64,000 nucleotides of DNA, from positions 608,001 through 672,000 of the forward strand of contig CAVRCI010000013.1 in the NCBI GenBank assembly GCA_963719495.1, written 5' to 3'. Both the position numbers and the translations under genes were made by a program. Below, piece by piece: positions 1-10,277 of the stretch. How positions within the stretch are numbered: position 1 is the first letter of the stretch; each line of letters starts with the position of its first letter. Source of the DNA: an uncultured Verrucomicrobiae bacterium (GTDB lineage Bacteria; Verrucomicrobiota; Verrucomicrobiia; Chthoniobacterales; JAATET01). Below the pieces are notes generated by a model. It was not told the DNA's origin. It ran no database searches and saw only the letters and a list, made by a program, of their open reading frames with translations.

Positions 1-798
1 GAATATCGTGTCGATTCCGTTCTTCTCCTGGAGATCCCGGAGGATCGTGCGCAGCTCAATCACATCCTGGCGACCACCGAGAGCGCCGGAGCCCGCTTGT
101 CCGCCGTCAACTCTCTCTCCGAGGTCTTCCAGCACTCCCTTCGCTACTTCCACCACTTTGGATTCGACTTCGTCACGCTCCGCGAGGAGCCGCTCGAGGA
201 TCCAATCAGCCGACTCAGTAAGCGGTTTTCCGACATCGTAATTTCTCTTCCGATCGTCCTGCTGGTGCTCCCGGTCCTCGCGGCTATCGTGGCGCTCATC
301 CATCGTCGCAACGCGCCCGGCCCGCTCCTCTTCCGCCAGACGCGCACCGGTATCCGAAATCAACCCTTCGAAATTCTCAAGTTTCGGACCATGACGCCGA
401 TCAACGACGATCCAGCCCGACAGGCCTGCGAGTCCGACCCCCGGATCTTCCGGGGCGGAAATTTCCTCCGCCGCACCAGCATCGACGAATTCCCCCAATT
501 TCTCAACGTTCTCCGGGGGGAGATGAGCGTCGTCGGCCCGCGGCCGCACATGCTGAAGCACGACGAGGAATTCGCCGAGGTTTTCCATTCCTATCACGTC
601 CGTTCCTACGTGAAACCCGGTCTCACCGGCCTCGCGCAGATCCGGGGCTTCCGAGGGGAAGCCAAAAACACCGACGACATTCGCAATCGGGTCGAATGCG
701 ACATCGAATACATCGAGCGCTGGTCGCCGCTCGTCGATGCCTACATCATCGCAAAAACCGCCTCGCAGATCATCAAGCCGCCGAAGACGGCGTATTGA
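1..798 (+). CDS. Priming sugar transferase (WcaJ/WbaP-like), 5' partial
   Basis: Frame open from base 1; KRFSDI, KFRTM, RTSIDEFPQFLNVLRGEMSVVGPRP, KPGLTGLAQ motifs. Confidence 0.9.
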   Translation, partial: EYRVDSVLLLEIPEDRAQLNHILATTESAGARLSAVNSLSEVFQHSLRYFHHFGFDFVTLREEPLEDPISRLSKRFSDIVISLPIVLLVLPVLAAIVALIHRRNAPGPLLFRQTRTGIRNQPFEILKFRTMTPINDDPARQACESDPRIFRGGNFLRRTSIDEFPQFLNVLRGEMSVVGPRPHMLKHDEEFAEVFHSYHVRSYVKPGLTGLAQIRGFRGEAKNTDDIRNRVECDIEYIERWSPLVDAYIIAKTASQIIKPPKTAY

Positions 799-1018
799 TG
801 CGTCGAGGGTCGAGCGCCTAAACCTCCTGAAGTTGAGAGTTTATAGTTGAGAGCCGGAGCGAAGCGGAGACCGCCGAAGGCAATTGAATGCTTCAGGATC
901 AACGATTTGCGGAGCCAAGGGCGTTCACCTTCCAAGTGAACTCGTGATTCGGCGCAAGTCGCTCACCCCCAACTCTCAACTAACAACTCTCAACCACCCA
1001 CTTTCCTTTTCGGGAGGG

Positions 1019-3082
1019 TCACTCTTCCGGCTCGACCACGTCCAGCCGCAGCGCCACGCTCGCCTCACCGTCCGGAGGATAGAATCGGAGCTGAATCTCC
1101 CGGACGGCCTCGGGTCGAAAAACCGGCTCCTCCGTCAGTCGGCCAAACGCGTAGGGGTGAAAATCCCGAAACGCCAGATACAGCTCGTTTCTCGGCGAAC
1201 GGGTCGGGTTACGTCCCAGATTTTCCCCGACCGCGAAGCGCTGCCCCCGGTCGTCGACCAAGTCGACCCGCACCTGGGGCGCCGCCCCCCGCCGGGCGGG
1301 GAAACGAATCCGGAGGAACGCGTCGACACCCCCGGGAAGACCTTCGACCCGGGTGACCGCCATCGGAGGCAACCGCGGATCCTGCCCGTCGTTCAGCACC
1401 ACGAAGCGATCCCACTGCTCCGACAATCCTCCCGACTCCCGGGCGGAGCCCGGCGCGACGCCGTTGAACCCCAACCAGACCCCTCCGCTCGTTTGATCGG
1501 CCACGGCCTCCGGTGCCCAGATCCAATCGACCGGTTCCGCGCGCGGAAGCGTTGCCGCGATTTCGTGACCGATCGGCAGAACTTTGCGCGCGGGCCGGAT
1601 GCCGGCCCAGATCTCCGCCGTCGAGCGCGCCAACCCCGCCCGCACGAACGCGGGTTCGAACGCGGCTCCCAGCTTGCCCCGCATCGTCAAAGCCTCGGCC
1701 GCCATCACGGCCACCCGCACCTCCGCCACTCCGAAAGCCGGAATCCGCAGCGGAATCCCACCCCCACTCGTTCGATCCTCGTCAACACCCGTGCGAGCCA
1801 CCTCGAGCCCTGGGTCCGCCTCCAACCGAAGCCCCCCAGCGACCGCGGAAGCCGATAAATTGTACACCAACCACCGACCCAGGATCGGCTCGACGTCCCG
1901 CCCGTTTCCGCGGAACCAATACGTCCCGCTCACCTTGTCGGGAATCGTCGTCGCGTTGTTCGGGAGCCATTGCACCACGATCCGATTCGGTGCCACCGGG
2001 CGCGCCACCGCCGGGGCCGTCGGCAGCGGGTGGTCGAGCGTGAACCTCCGGTAGGCGTCCCACGCCGGATACGGATCGCCGTTTCCCCGGATGAGCGACC
2101 AAAACGGCTGCCGCTCCCAGATCATCACGAAAGGCATGAACACGGCCACCCCCGCCTCCAGCGCCGCCGCCGCGGTTTCAACCGTGAATTCCCGCTGAAT
2201 CTCCCGCCCCCGCGCCTCCTCGACGTCGTCGTTGGGAACGGAGTGAATCCCGCACTCCGTCACCCAAAGCGGGAGTTCCCGGTCGACCACGTGCTTTCGG
2301 GCAAACGCTTGGTGCGCCCGCAGCGAATCGCCAAAATCTCGCGCGTGCCCGTAAAAATGCACGTTCAGCGCGTCGGTGTAATCGTAGAGCCCATTCGCCG
2401 CGGCCCGTTCGAGCCAGGGTCCCGGGAAGAGTCCCAGCGCCCCCATGAGAACGGCCGGCTCGTGCTCCCCGCCCGCGTGCGCCGCCCCGTCGCGCAGTCC
2501 CAGGTAAAGCGCCTTCGAATAAGCCGCGAAGCGATCCGGCAGATCCGGAATGAAGAACACGTCCGGCTCGTTCGGCAGTTCCCACGCCGCCACCAGGCCC
2601 CGCGTGCGCCGTCCCAGCTCCCGCGACGTCCGGTAGACCTCGAGCAGATCCTCGTGCAACCGATTGGGTGGACTCACTCCCACGGGCCGCCCCGGCAGCG
2701 TCGCGAACGCCACCACCCCGAACCCCTCGTCCCGGAGATCCCGATACGTCGCAAACTCGCCCGTCCGCCAAATCGCCGGATCCCGCGAATCCCCGTGATT
2801 GCGCTCGCGCAGGTAATGAATCCCCGTCGCCCGCAGCCGATCAACGAACATCGGCCGCTGCTCAGCCTGCAAATGACCCGATACGATGGCATCCACGCCC
2901 CAACCCGAGCTCAGTTCGCGTGAGTCGGGGGTATCGGTTTGCAAGCGGCTGGTGGATGGAGCCCCGGAATCCGACCGCCAGGCCGCCGCCAGCCCAAGCC
3001 CCAGCAACGCAATCGCCACCGCCGGAGGCCCCCAGCCAGCCACTCGCCGACCCTGATCCGCTCCCTCCACACTTCCCTTCAT
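1019..3082 (-). CDS. Membrane-anchored clan GH-A glycoside hydrolase-like protein (GH39/GH5-like)
   Basis: N-terminal hydrophobic helix; WELPNEPD acid/base motif, NVHFY, WVTECG nucleophile motif; start uncertain. Confidence 0.65.
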   Translation of the reverse strand: MKGSVEGADQGRRVAGWGPPAVAIALLGLGLAAAWRSDSGAPSTSRLQTDTPDSRELSSGWGVDAIVSGHLQAEQRPMFVDRLRATGIHYLRERNHGDSRDPAIWRTGEFATYRDLRDEGFGVVAFATLPGRPVGVSPPNRLHEDLLEVYRTSRELGRRTRGLVAAWELPNEPDVFFIPDLPDRFAAYSKALYLGLRDGAAHAGGEHEPAVLMGALGLFPGPWLERAAANGLYDYTDALNVHFYGHARDFGDSLRAHQAFARKHVVDRELPLWVTECGIHSVPNDDVEEARGREIQREFTVETAAAALEAGVAVFMPFVMIWERQPFWSLIRGNGDPYPAWDAYRRFTLDHPLPTAPAVARPVAPNRIVVQWLPNNATTIPDKVSGTYWFRGNGRDVEPILGRWLVYNLSASAVAGGLRLEADPGLEVARTGVDEDRTSGGGIPLRIPAFGVAEVRVAVMAAEALTMRGKLGAAFEPAFVRAGLARSTAEIWAGIRPARKVLPIGHEIAATLPRAEPVDWIWAPEAVADQTSGGVWLGFNGVAPGSARESGGLSEQWDRFVVLNDGQDPRLPPMAVTRVEGLPGGVDAFLRIRFPARRGAAPQVRVDLVDDRGQRFAVGENLGRNPTRSPRNELYLAFRDFHPYAFGRLTEEPVFRPEAVREIQLRFYPPDGEASVALRLDVVEPEE

Positions 3083-3135
3083 CCCGCCATCAAGACACAA
3101 AAAATGCCCGGAGAGCAAACTCTCCGGGCGAGTGA

Positions 3136-3212
3136 GTCGAGGGTCGAGGGTCGAGGGTCGAGGGTCGAGGGTCGAGGGTCGAGGGTCGAGGGTCGAGGGT
3201 CGAGGGTCGAGG
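3136..3212. repeat. Heptamer tandem repeat (GTCGAGG)x11
   Basis: Counted directly. Confidence 0.95.
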
Positions 3213-3432
3213 GGCCGGGGAGCGCGCGCGTCCCGCGGGCGAGGTGCGGCGTCCCCGCCGCGGCGATCGATCGGCTTCGCGCCAGCGAGCCGATGCTCGT
3301 GAGGAGCGGCGACCTCCCGCTCGCCGAACCAAGGTAATTTGGCAACAGCCGGACACTTTCGGCGAGTCGAGAGTCGAGCGGTTACGAAATGCCATCAGCC
3401 ACCAACCCTCGACGCTCGCCAGCGCCCCCCCT

Positions 3433-3465
3433 CTGTCATGTTGAGCGAAGCGAAGCATCCCTGGC
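3433..3465 (+). repeat. REP/MITE-like half element CTGTCATG(T/C)TGAGCGAAGCGAAGCATC; copies at 3841-3873, 22307-22339 and inverted at 5423-5455
   Basis: Four near-identical dispersed copies. Confidence 0.8.
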
Positions 3466-3504
3466 TCCCGAAGTCCTCACCGGTCACCCTCCACGCACCA
3501 GCGA

Positions 3505-3714
3505 TTAAACCGAAACGCCCCGGAATCTCAGGCGTCGAATGTGATCGTAAGCCAGAATGTCGACGTTCTCTTCGTCGTCGAGAATGGCCAACACGTGCTT
3601 CGCGGGCAAAACGTGATCGACCGTCGCAATGGCGTAGACGACGTCGTCCGCAACCTCGATCACGAAAGGAACGAACGGAACGGCGCGCAGAAGCTCGAGA
3701 AGTTCCTCCTTCAT
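3505..3714 (-). CDS. Small hypothetical protein
   Basis: MKEELLELLRAVPFVPFVIEV; lies between two direct REP-like copies. Confidence 0.6.
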   Translation of the reverse strand: MKEELLELLRAVPFVPFVIEVADDVVYAIATVDHVLPAKHVLAILDDEENVDILAYDHIRRLRFRGVSV

Positions 3715-3910
3715 CCTGCCGTAGGGTATTTCACGAGTGCCCACCAGGCGAGCGGCAAACCGGGCTGTGGGATGCGTCGAGCGTCGAGCGCTTATAAAAT
3801 GCGGCCAGCCACCGCGCTCGATCCTCCACTCATCCCCCCTCTGTCATGCTGAGCGAAGCGAAGCATCTCTGGCACCCGAATCCCTCGCTCGACCCCCGCC
3901 TCATCACCAG

Positions 3911-4744
3911 TCACCCGCCTTCCAACGCAAAGTCTCCACCGTCCCCCTCGACCCGATCTTTGGCGCCCGCCACGTATTCCGCGTCGACATCGTATCCCCG
4001 GAACTCCCGCACCCCGCAGCGCTTCGCCGCCTCCCACGAACTCCCGAGTCCCAGGAACGGATCCAACACCGTCAGCTCCTCGCACCGCCCGTGCAGACGG
4101 ATACACCGCTCCGGCAGGGCCACCGGGAACGTCGCCGGATGCGGGCGGTCCTTCGAGCGGTTCGTGATTGTCTCGTAAGGAATGAACCAATTATTGCCCC
4201 GGCAGCGCAGATCGGCTCCACCCGTGTGCGCCCACCGCCCGATGTTCGATTTGTGCTCGTAGGGCACGCCAACCGCGCGCCGGTCGAGCGGGACGTCCCC
4301 CGTTTTGGTCAAATGAAAGACCGGCTCGTGGCAATCCGTCACGAACCGCTTCGAGTTGATCGGTTTGAAGTGCCCGACGGTCCGCTCCCGATCCTTGAGG
4401 GGCACCGAGATCGATTTGATCCAATGAAACGTATTCTGCAAATGCCAGCCCGCGTCAACGAGTTGGAGGATAAGCCGCATTGGCAAAGTCGGCTGACTCG
4501 GCGATGACCCGAGATTGAGAAAAAACGAGCCGCCGTCCGACAACACCCGCCGCACCTCCGCCGTCCATTCCCCGCACCAAGCCAGATAAGCTCCCTCGGA
4601 AAGCTGGTCTTTGTAGGCCCCGTAGGCCATTCCCAGATTGTAGGGCGGGGAAGTGACGACCAAGTCAATGCTTCCGTCGGCCAGATCCCTCCGCATCCCG
4701 GCAATGCAGTCGTCGACGTGAATGGATGATTTCATGGATGGCAC
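3911..4744 (-). CDS. Site-specific DNA methyltransferase (N4/N6, beta class)
   Basis: TSPPY motif near N-terminus; HPATFP and DPFLGLGS SAM-binding motif near C-terminus. Confidence 0.9.
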   Translation of the reverse strand: MPSMKSSIHVDDCIAGMRRDLADGSIDLVVTSPPYNLGMAYGAYKDQLSEGAYLAWCGEWTAEVRRVLSDGGSFFLNLGSSPSQPTLPMRLILQLVDAGWHLQNTFHWIKSISVPLKDRERTVGHFKPINSKRFVTDCHEPVFHLTKTGDVPLDRRAVGVPYEHKSNIGRWAHTGGADLRCRGNNWFIPYETITNRSKDRPHPATFPVALPERCIRLHGRCEELTVLDPFLGLGSSWEAAKRCGVREFRGYDVDAEYVAGAKDRVEGDGGDFALEGG

Positions 4745-4869
4745 GGGAATCGAGGTTCAAAACGTTATGACAGCACGCGGTGGGTGCGATTGCGAGAAAG
4801 GTCAAAAAATCGGCTGGCGCTATTAGTTGGGTAGGGAACGTCGCGCCGCGCGTTCCCTCTCTGACGACT

Positions 4870-5010
4870 TTGGCAATCGCAATCGACCGCAGGGAAGCCA
4901 TCGCGGAGACGGTGGAAATCCTCGGGAATCCGGAAGCGATGCGAGCGATTCGCGATCACGAATCCGGTCGAGCGACCACCCACGACGTCTCGGTGCTCGA
5001 CGATTTATGA
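4870..5010 (+). pseudogene. Phd/YefM-like antitoxin C-terminal remnant
   Basis: EAIAETVEILGNPEAMRAIRDHESG; 5' end abuts a palindromic REP-like sequence; ATGA overlap with the RelE remnant. Confidence 0.55.
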
Positions 5011-5228
5011 TTCGCCTCCTGATTCATCAGGGCGTCCTCGAGGCACTCCGCCGGATGCCTCCCCAATCGAGGCACGCCATCCGGCAGGCCATCGAAAGCC
5101 TCGCTTGAGACCGGGGCGATCTCAAAGCGCTTACCGGAGAACTTGTCGGATATTGCCGCCTTCGCGTCGGGCAATACCGGGTCATCTTCCAATGCTCGGG
5201 CAGCGAAGGGGCCCAAACCATCACCTAA
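5007..5228 (+). pseudogene. RelE/ParE toxin pseudogene
   Basis: MIRLLIHQ...ESLA*DRGDLKALTGELVGYCRLRVGQYRVIF; in-frame TGA at 5106. Confidence 0.7.
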
Positions 5229-5555
5229 AAGGAAAGTGAATCGTTGAGGGTCGGTAGTTGAGAGTTGAGAATACGCGACTTAAGCCAAATTTCGCGCTCA
5301 CCTTTCAAGTCGAGTCGCTGGTTTCTCAGTTTTCGATTCAACCTTTCCGTTTCACTCACGCCAAGCCCGTCAACGGTCACCTGGAAGTTTTCGGTCGGCG
5401 TTTGGTTCGCCGTTCCTGAGAAGCCAGAGATGTTTCGCTTTGCTCAACAGGACAGGGTTTTGGGAACGGTGGCGGGCGAATTCTTTGGAAGCCAGGGCTT
5501 CGGGGCCGCATTCGGATTGGCAGTCCGGGGCGGCGTCGGCTAGTTTTCCCCCGCG

Positions 5556-8219
5556 ATGGCGCCACCCACCGGGACGATCACTTTTCTCTTCACGGACATC
5601 GAGGGGAGTTCGCGTCTTTGGGAGCGGCATCCCGTTGCGATGCGGCATTCGCTGGCCCGGCACGATGCGATCGTTCGCGGCACCGTCGAGGCGCACTCGG
5701 GGTTCGTTTTCAAGACGGTGGGCGACGCGTTCTGCGTGGCGTTCGATACCGCGGTGGACGCGGTGCGGGCGGCGGCGGCGGCTCAGTCCGCTTTGGCCAC
5801 GGAGCCCTGGGTGGAGACCGGTCCTCTGCTCGTGCGGATGGCGCTGCACGTGGGGGCGGCGGAGCTGCGGGAGGGCGATTATTTCGGCGACGCTCTGAAT
5901 CGTGTCTCCCGCATCCTGGCGGGCGCGCACGGCGGGCAGACGCTCATGTCGCGGCCCGTCGAGGAGCTGGTTCGCGATCACCAATTGCCGGGGATCGGTC
6001 GGCTCGATCTGGGTGAACACCGGCTTCGGGATCTGGACCGACCGGAGCATTTGTATCAATTCGTGATCGAGGGTCAGCGCCGGGACTTTCCGCCGCTGCG
6101 CACGCTCATCGCGACGCCGACGAATCTGCCGACGAATCTCAGCAGTTTCGTCGGGCGGGAGAAGCACGTGGACGAAGTGCGCCGACTGCTCGGTGAGTGC
6201 CGACTACTCACGCTCACCGGCACGGGCGGGACCGGGAAGACGCGGCTCTCGCTGCAGGTCGCGGCGCAGGTGCTCGACGATCATCCGGACGGCGTCTTCT
6301 TCATCGAACTGGCGACCCTCACCGATCCGCAGAGGACGTGGGAGACGGTCGCGGGTGCCGTCGGCGTGCGGGAGGAGGCGGACATCCCGCTTCGCCGGAC
6401 GCTCATTCGATTCCTCGAGAAGCGGGACATTCTGCTCATCGTGGACAACTGCGAGCATCTGCTCGCCGATTGCGCGGCGCTCGGGACGGATCTGCTCGCG
6501 GCGTGTCCGGGTTTGCGGATTCTGGCGACGAGTCGCACGCCGCTCGGATTGTCCGGCGAATGCACGTGGTCGGTGCCGCCGCTCACGATTCTGGATCCGG
6601 CGCGGGATCTTTTTCAGGTGCCCGACGTCGTGGCGAAGGTGTCGCAATTCGAGGCCGCACGGCTCTTCATCGACCGGGCGGCGTCGGCGAAACCGGGGTT
6701 CGTGGTGAACGCCGAGAACGCTCCGGCGATCGCGCAGATCTGCTGGCGACTCGACGGGATCCCGCTGGCGATCGAGTTGGCGGCGGCGCGGGCGCGGGTG
6801 CTTTCGCCCGAGCAGATCGCGAACCGGCTCGACGACCGTTTTCGGCTGCTCACGGGCGGCAACCGCTCGGTGCTGCCGCATCAGCAGACGCTGCGGGCGC
6901 TCATCGATTGGAGTTACGATCTGCTGTCGGACGCGGAGCGGGTGCTTTTCCGGCGGCTGGGAGTCTTCGGGGGTGGGCGGACGATTGAGGGGATCGAGGC
7001 GGTCTGCACGGGGGATGGCGTCGATGCCTTCGACGCTCTGGACCTGCTCCAGCAGCTGGTCGACAAGAGCCTGCTCGCGGTGGAATCCGATCCCGAGCAC
7101 GGCGACCGCTACACGATGATCGAATCGGTCTGGCAATACGCGCAGGAGAAACTCGAGGAATCGGGCGAGGCGACGGAACTGCGCGACCGGCACCTCGATT
7201 TCTTTCTGGCGACGGCCGAGCGGGCGCAACCCGGTCTGGAAGGTCCCGAGGTGGCCAAATGGCTCGAGCGCGTCGACACCGAGCGTGGAAATTTCCGCCT
7301 CGCGTTCGGGTGGGCCATCGAGAGTCCGACGAATGTCGGCAAGGGGCTCGTGATCGCCGGGTCGCTTACGCGTTACTTCGAGATTCGCGGCAATCTCGTG
7401 GAGGCCCGCAAGGTTTTCGATCGCGCCTTGGCGGCACCCGGTGCTCACGAACCCGGGCTGGCGCGGGCCGCCGCCCTCTCCGGAGCCGGGCGGATCGCGT
7501 GGTGCCAGGACCGGGGCGAGGACGCGGAGAAATTTTACAATTGCGCGGCTGATCTGTTCGAAAATTGCGGCGACGCGGTCCGCGCCGCGCTCAATCGCGC
7601 ATTCCTGGGGTTTATCGAGCGGAACAGCGGGCGAATCGACGATGCCAAGGCGCGGTTCGCAGCCTGCCACCGGGTCGGCACCGAGAGCGGAAATATTTTG
7701 CTGACCGGCATCGCGCTGAGTGGACTCGGCACGATCGCGTCGGATCAGGGAGACGCGACGCTGGCCCGGCGGCTCAAGGAGGAGAGCCTCGCGCTCTTCC
7801 GCGCCGTCGGGGACATCTGGGTCACGGGTTACAACCTGTGGGGGCTCGCCCGGGCGTGCGAGGCGGAGGGCGACACGCCCGCCGCCCGGCGGGCGGTCGA
7901 AGAGTGGATCGAAATCACCCGCAGTCTCGGCAACCGCTGGGCGCTGCCCTACGTGATGAAGGTCCTCGGCGACATCCTCCTCATGGAGGACGCGCCCGGT
8001 GCCGCCGCCCGACTGTTCGGAGCCGCCGAGTCGGCCCGGGAGGCGCTCGGCATCTCGCTCGATCTGGCCGATCAGAAGGAACTCGATCAATCCATTGCCC
8101 GGCTGGCCAGCGCGCTCGACGCGGAATCGATTCAGCGGGAATGGACGCTCGGACGCGAGACCCAGGTCTGGCAGGCCATCGATCACGCACTGAAGCCGCC
8201 GCTGGCCGCCGCCGCTTGA
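5556..8219 (+). CDS. Class III adenylate cyclase - STAND ATPase - TPR protein
   Basis: FLFTDIEGSS, KTVGDAF, GDYFGDALNRVSR; Walker A GTGGTGKT; DNCEH; LDGIPLAIELAA; helical repeat C-terminus. Confidence 0.9.
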   Translation: MAPPTGTITFLFTDIEGSSRLWERHPVAMRHSLARHDAIVRGTVEAHSGFVFKTVGDAFCVAFDTAVDAVRAAAAAQSALATEPWVETGPLLVRMALHVGAAELREGDYFGDALNRVSRILAGAHGGQTLMSRPVEELVRDHQLPGIGRLDLGEHRLRDLDRPEHLYQFVIEGQRRDFPPLRTLIATPTNLPTNLSSFVGREKHVDEVRRLLGECRLLTLTGTGGTGKTRLSLQVAAQVLDDHPDGVFFIELATLTDPQRTWETVAGAVGVREEADIPLRRTLIRFLEKRDILLIVDNCEHLLADCAALGTDLLAACPGLRILATSRTPLGLSGECTWSVPPLTILDPARDLFQVPDVVAKVSQFEAARLFIDRAASAKPGFVVNAENAPAIAQICWRLDGIPLAIELAAARARVLSPEQIANRLDDRFRLLTGGNRSVLPHQQTLRALIDWSYDLLSDAERVLFRRLGVFGGGRTIEGIEAVCTGDGVDAFDALDLLQQLVDKSLLAVESDPEHGDRYTMIESVWQYAQEKLEESGEATELRDRHLDFFLATAERAQPGLEGPEVAKWLERVDTERGNFRLAFGWAIESPTNVGKGLVIAGSLTRYFEIRGNLVEARKVFDRALAAPGAHEPGLARAAALSGAGRIAWCQDRGEDAEKFYNCAADLFENCGDAVRAALNRAFLGFIERNSGRIDDAKARFAACHRVGTESGNILLTGIALSGLGTIASDQGDATLARRLKEESLALFRAVGDIWVTGYNLWGLARACEAEGDTPAARRAVEEWIEITRSLGNRWALPYVMKVLGDILLMEDAPGAAARLFGAAESAREALGISLDLADQKELDQSIARLASALDAESIQREWTLGRETQVWQAIDHALKPPLAAAA

Positions 8220-8220
8220 A

Positions 8221-9003
8221 ATGGCCGCCGCTGACGATTCACTCGACCCGCGATTTGCCAGTCTGGGCCGACTCTACGGAGAGCCAGGCGTTCGGCGGTT
8301 CGCCGCGGCGCGCGTCGCGATCATCGGGCTGGGCGGGGTGGGATCGTGGACGGCGGAGGCCCTGGCGCGCAGCGCGGTCGGCGCGCTCACGCTGATCGAT
8401 CTGGACGACGTCTGCCTGACGAACGTCAACCGTCAGCTGCCCGCGCTCACCTCGACCGTCGGGCAGCCGAAGGTCGCCGTGCTGGCCCGACGCATCGCGG
8501 ACATCGATCCCAACTGCCGGGTCGACGCGGTGGAGAAATTTTTCACTCCGAAAACTGCCGCCGCCCTATTGGAACCGGAGTTCGACGTCGTCGTCGACGC
8601 CACCGACCGGATGTCGACGAAGGCGCTCATCCTCGACGAATGCCGGCGGCGCGGCCAGGCGGCGGTCACGGTCGGGGCGGCGGGCGGGAAGCTGGACGCG
8701 ACGCGGGTGACGGTCGCGGATCTGGGTCTCACGGGTAAAGACGATTTGCTCCGGCTCGTGCGGCGGAAATTGCGGCGCGACCACGGCTGGGCGGCCGGCG
8801 AGGGCAACGTCTACGGGGTGCCGGCGATCTTCTCGCCGGAGCCGCCGCGTTACCCGTGGTCCGACGGGAGCGTGCGGCTGGAGGAGGAGCCGGAGAGCAA
8901 TCTGGCGATGGACTGCGCGACGGGCTTCGGCGCGGCGGCGCACGTCACCGGGACCTTCGGGCTCTTCGCGGCGGGCGAAGTTTTGAAAATGCTTTCGAAA
9001 TAA
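8221..9003 (+). CDS. tcdA: tRNA threonylcarbamoyladenosine dehydratase (ThiF family)
   Basis: GLGGVGSW, DLDDVCLTNVNRQ, GAAGGKLD, GFGAAAHVTGTFG. Confidence 0.85.
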   Translation: MAAADDSLDPRFASLGRLYGEPGVRRFAAARVAIIGLGGVGSWTAEALARSAVGALTLIDLDDVCLTNVNRQLPALTSTVGQPKVAVLARRIADIDPNCRVDAVEKFFTPKTAAALLEPEFDVVVDATDRMSTKALILDECRRRGQAAVTVGAAGGKLDATRVTVADLGLTGKDDLLRLVRRKLRRDHGWAAGEGNVYGVPAIFSPEPPRYPWSDGSVRLEEEPESNLAMDCATGFGAAAHVTGTFGLFAAGEVLKMLSK

Positions 9004-9777
9004 TCAACCAAAGAGCCTCAGGAAGTTGCCTTCGACGACTTCCGCTAGTTTGTCGAGCGGGAGGCCGCGCACGTCGGCCAGGCCTTGGTAGGCCACGATG
9101 AGATTCCCGGGATGGTTCATTTCCCCTTCGCCGTAGCGATCCAGCTCCGCGGGCAAGGGCATCGACGGCGCGTCGGTCTCGACGAGCAAACGGTCGATCG
9201 GCAGGTCGCGGAACGTCACCGCTTTGGCCCGGCGCTTCTCCGCCAGAAACGAGCCGGAGAACGAAAAATACGCCCCCATCTCCGTGAGCTCCCGCCCGAT
9301 CTCCGCCGATCCGCCGAACGCGTGAATCAGGAATCCGCGCTCGGATCGCGGCAGGGTTCGCAGGGCTTCGGTGAGCGGTCCCCAGGCGCGGAGGCAATGC
9401 ACGGTGATCGGGAGGCCGCGCCGGACGCCTTCGGTAAATTGCCAGCGGAAGACGTCGAGTTGATCATCGAAGTTCCCGGTCTCCTTCCAGCGGTCGAGCC
9501 CGATCTCGCCGAGCGCGCTGCCCGCGTCCAATCGCGCGACGAGCCGCTCGCGCCAAGCCGACGAACGCCCGTTCACCCGCCACGGGTGCAGGCCGTAGCT
9601 GGGTCGCACCCACGCGTGCTTCGCCGCCAACTCCGCCACGGCGTCCCAGTCCGACTCCTCGGTTCCGTTGACGACCATCGCGGCGATGCCCAACTCGGCG
9701 ACCGCGGTCCCGACTTCGCCGAGCCGGGCGGAGAGCGCCGGATCCTGGAGGTGATTGTGCGCGTCGTAGAGTCTCAC
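9004..9777 (-). CDS. TatD family hydrolase
   Basis: DAHNH, GLHPW, GEIGLD, VETDAP. Confidence 0.9.
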   Translation of the reverse strand: MRLYDAHNHLQDPALSARLGEVGTAVAELGIAAMVVNGTEESDWDAVAELAAKHAWVRPSYGLHPWRVNGRSSAWRERLVARLDAGSALGEIGLDRWKETGNFDDQLDVFRWQFTEGVRRGLPITVHCLRAWGPLTEALRTLPRSERGFLIHAFGGSAEIGRELTEMGAYFSFSGSFLAEKRRAKAVTFRDLPIDRLLVETDAPSMPLPAELDRYGEGEMNHPGNLIVAYQGLADVRGLPLDKLAEVVEGNFLRLFG

Positions 9778-10181
9778 CGCCCGGCCCCCGCGATCCGCTG
9801 GAGCCGCCGCCGGACCTGGTCGAGGCCATTCCAACGCGTCGGCGACAGGATTCGGTCGAACTCGAGCCGCTCGAGCAGATCCAGTTTCCCATCGGCGATC
9901 TCGTTTGCGCCGACCCCATCACAGACCTCCGCCAGGGCCGAAGCGAGCCCGCCCACGATCTGTGAATCCGCCGCCATTCGGAATCGGCAAATCTCGTCGA
10001 CGACCTCGCCCACCAACCAGATGCGCGAGACGCACCCCGGGACGAGCGCCTCGTCCAGGCGCTCGCAGTCCGGCAATTGCATCCGGTCCACCTTGCGGCT
10101 GACGACCGCCGAAAGCCGCTCGCGCGGATCGGGAATGATCGCGAACCGCGCGACGAATCTGGCCTGACGTTCCTCCAACAC
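9774..10181 (-). CDS. SufE family Fe-S assembly protein
   Basis: VPGCVSRIWL, ADSQIVGGL, LSPTRWNG. Confidence 0.8.
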   Translation of the reverse strand: MLEERQARFVARFAIIPDPRERLSAVVSRKVDRMQLPDCERLDEALVPGCVSRIWLVGEVVDEICRFRMAADSQIVGGLASALAEVCDGVGANEIADGKLDLLERLEFDRILSPTRWNGLDQVRRRLQRIAGAGR

Positions 10182-10211
10182 GCGCCCGTTTTACCACCGC
10201 TTCGGAACAAG

Positions 10212-10241
10212 AAAAAAGCCCGACCTCGCGGTCGGGCTTTT
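10212..10241 (-). terminator. Rho-independent terminator
   Basis: AAAAAAGCCCGACC-TCGC-GGTCGGGCTTTT hairpin downstream of the rhodanese gene. Confidence 0.75.
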
Positions 10242-10277
10242 CAATTCGAGACTCTCGCGGGTTTGCGAGATCGGCGA

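Noticed and set aside
3911..4744. Complete restriction-modification system
   Set aside because: No adjacent endonuclease recognised
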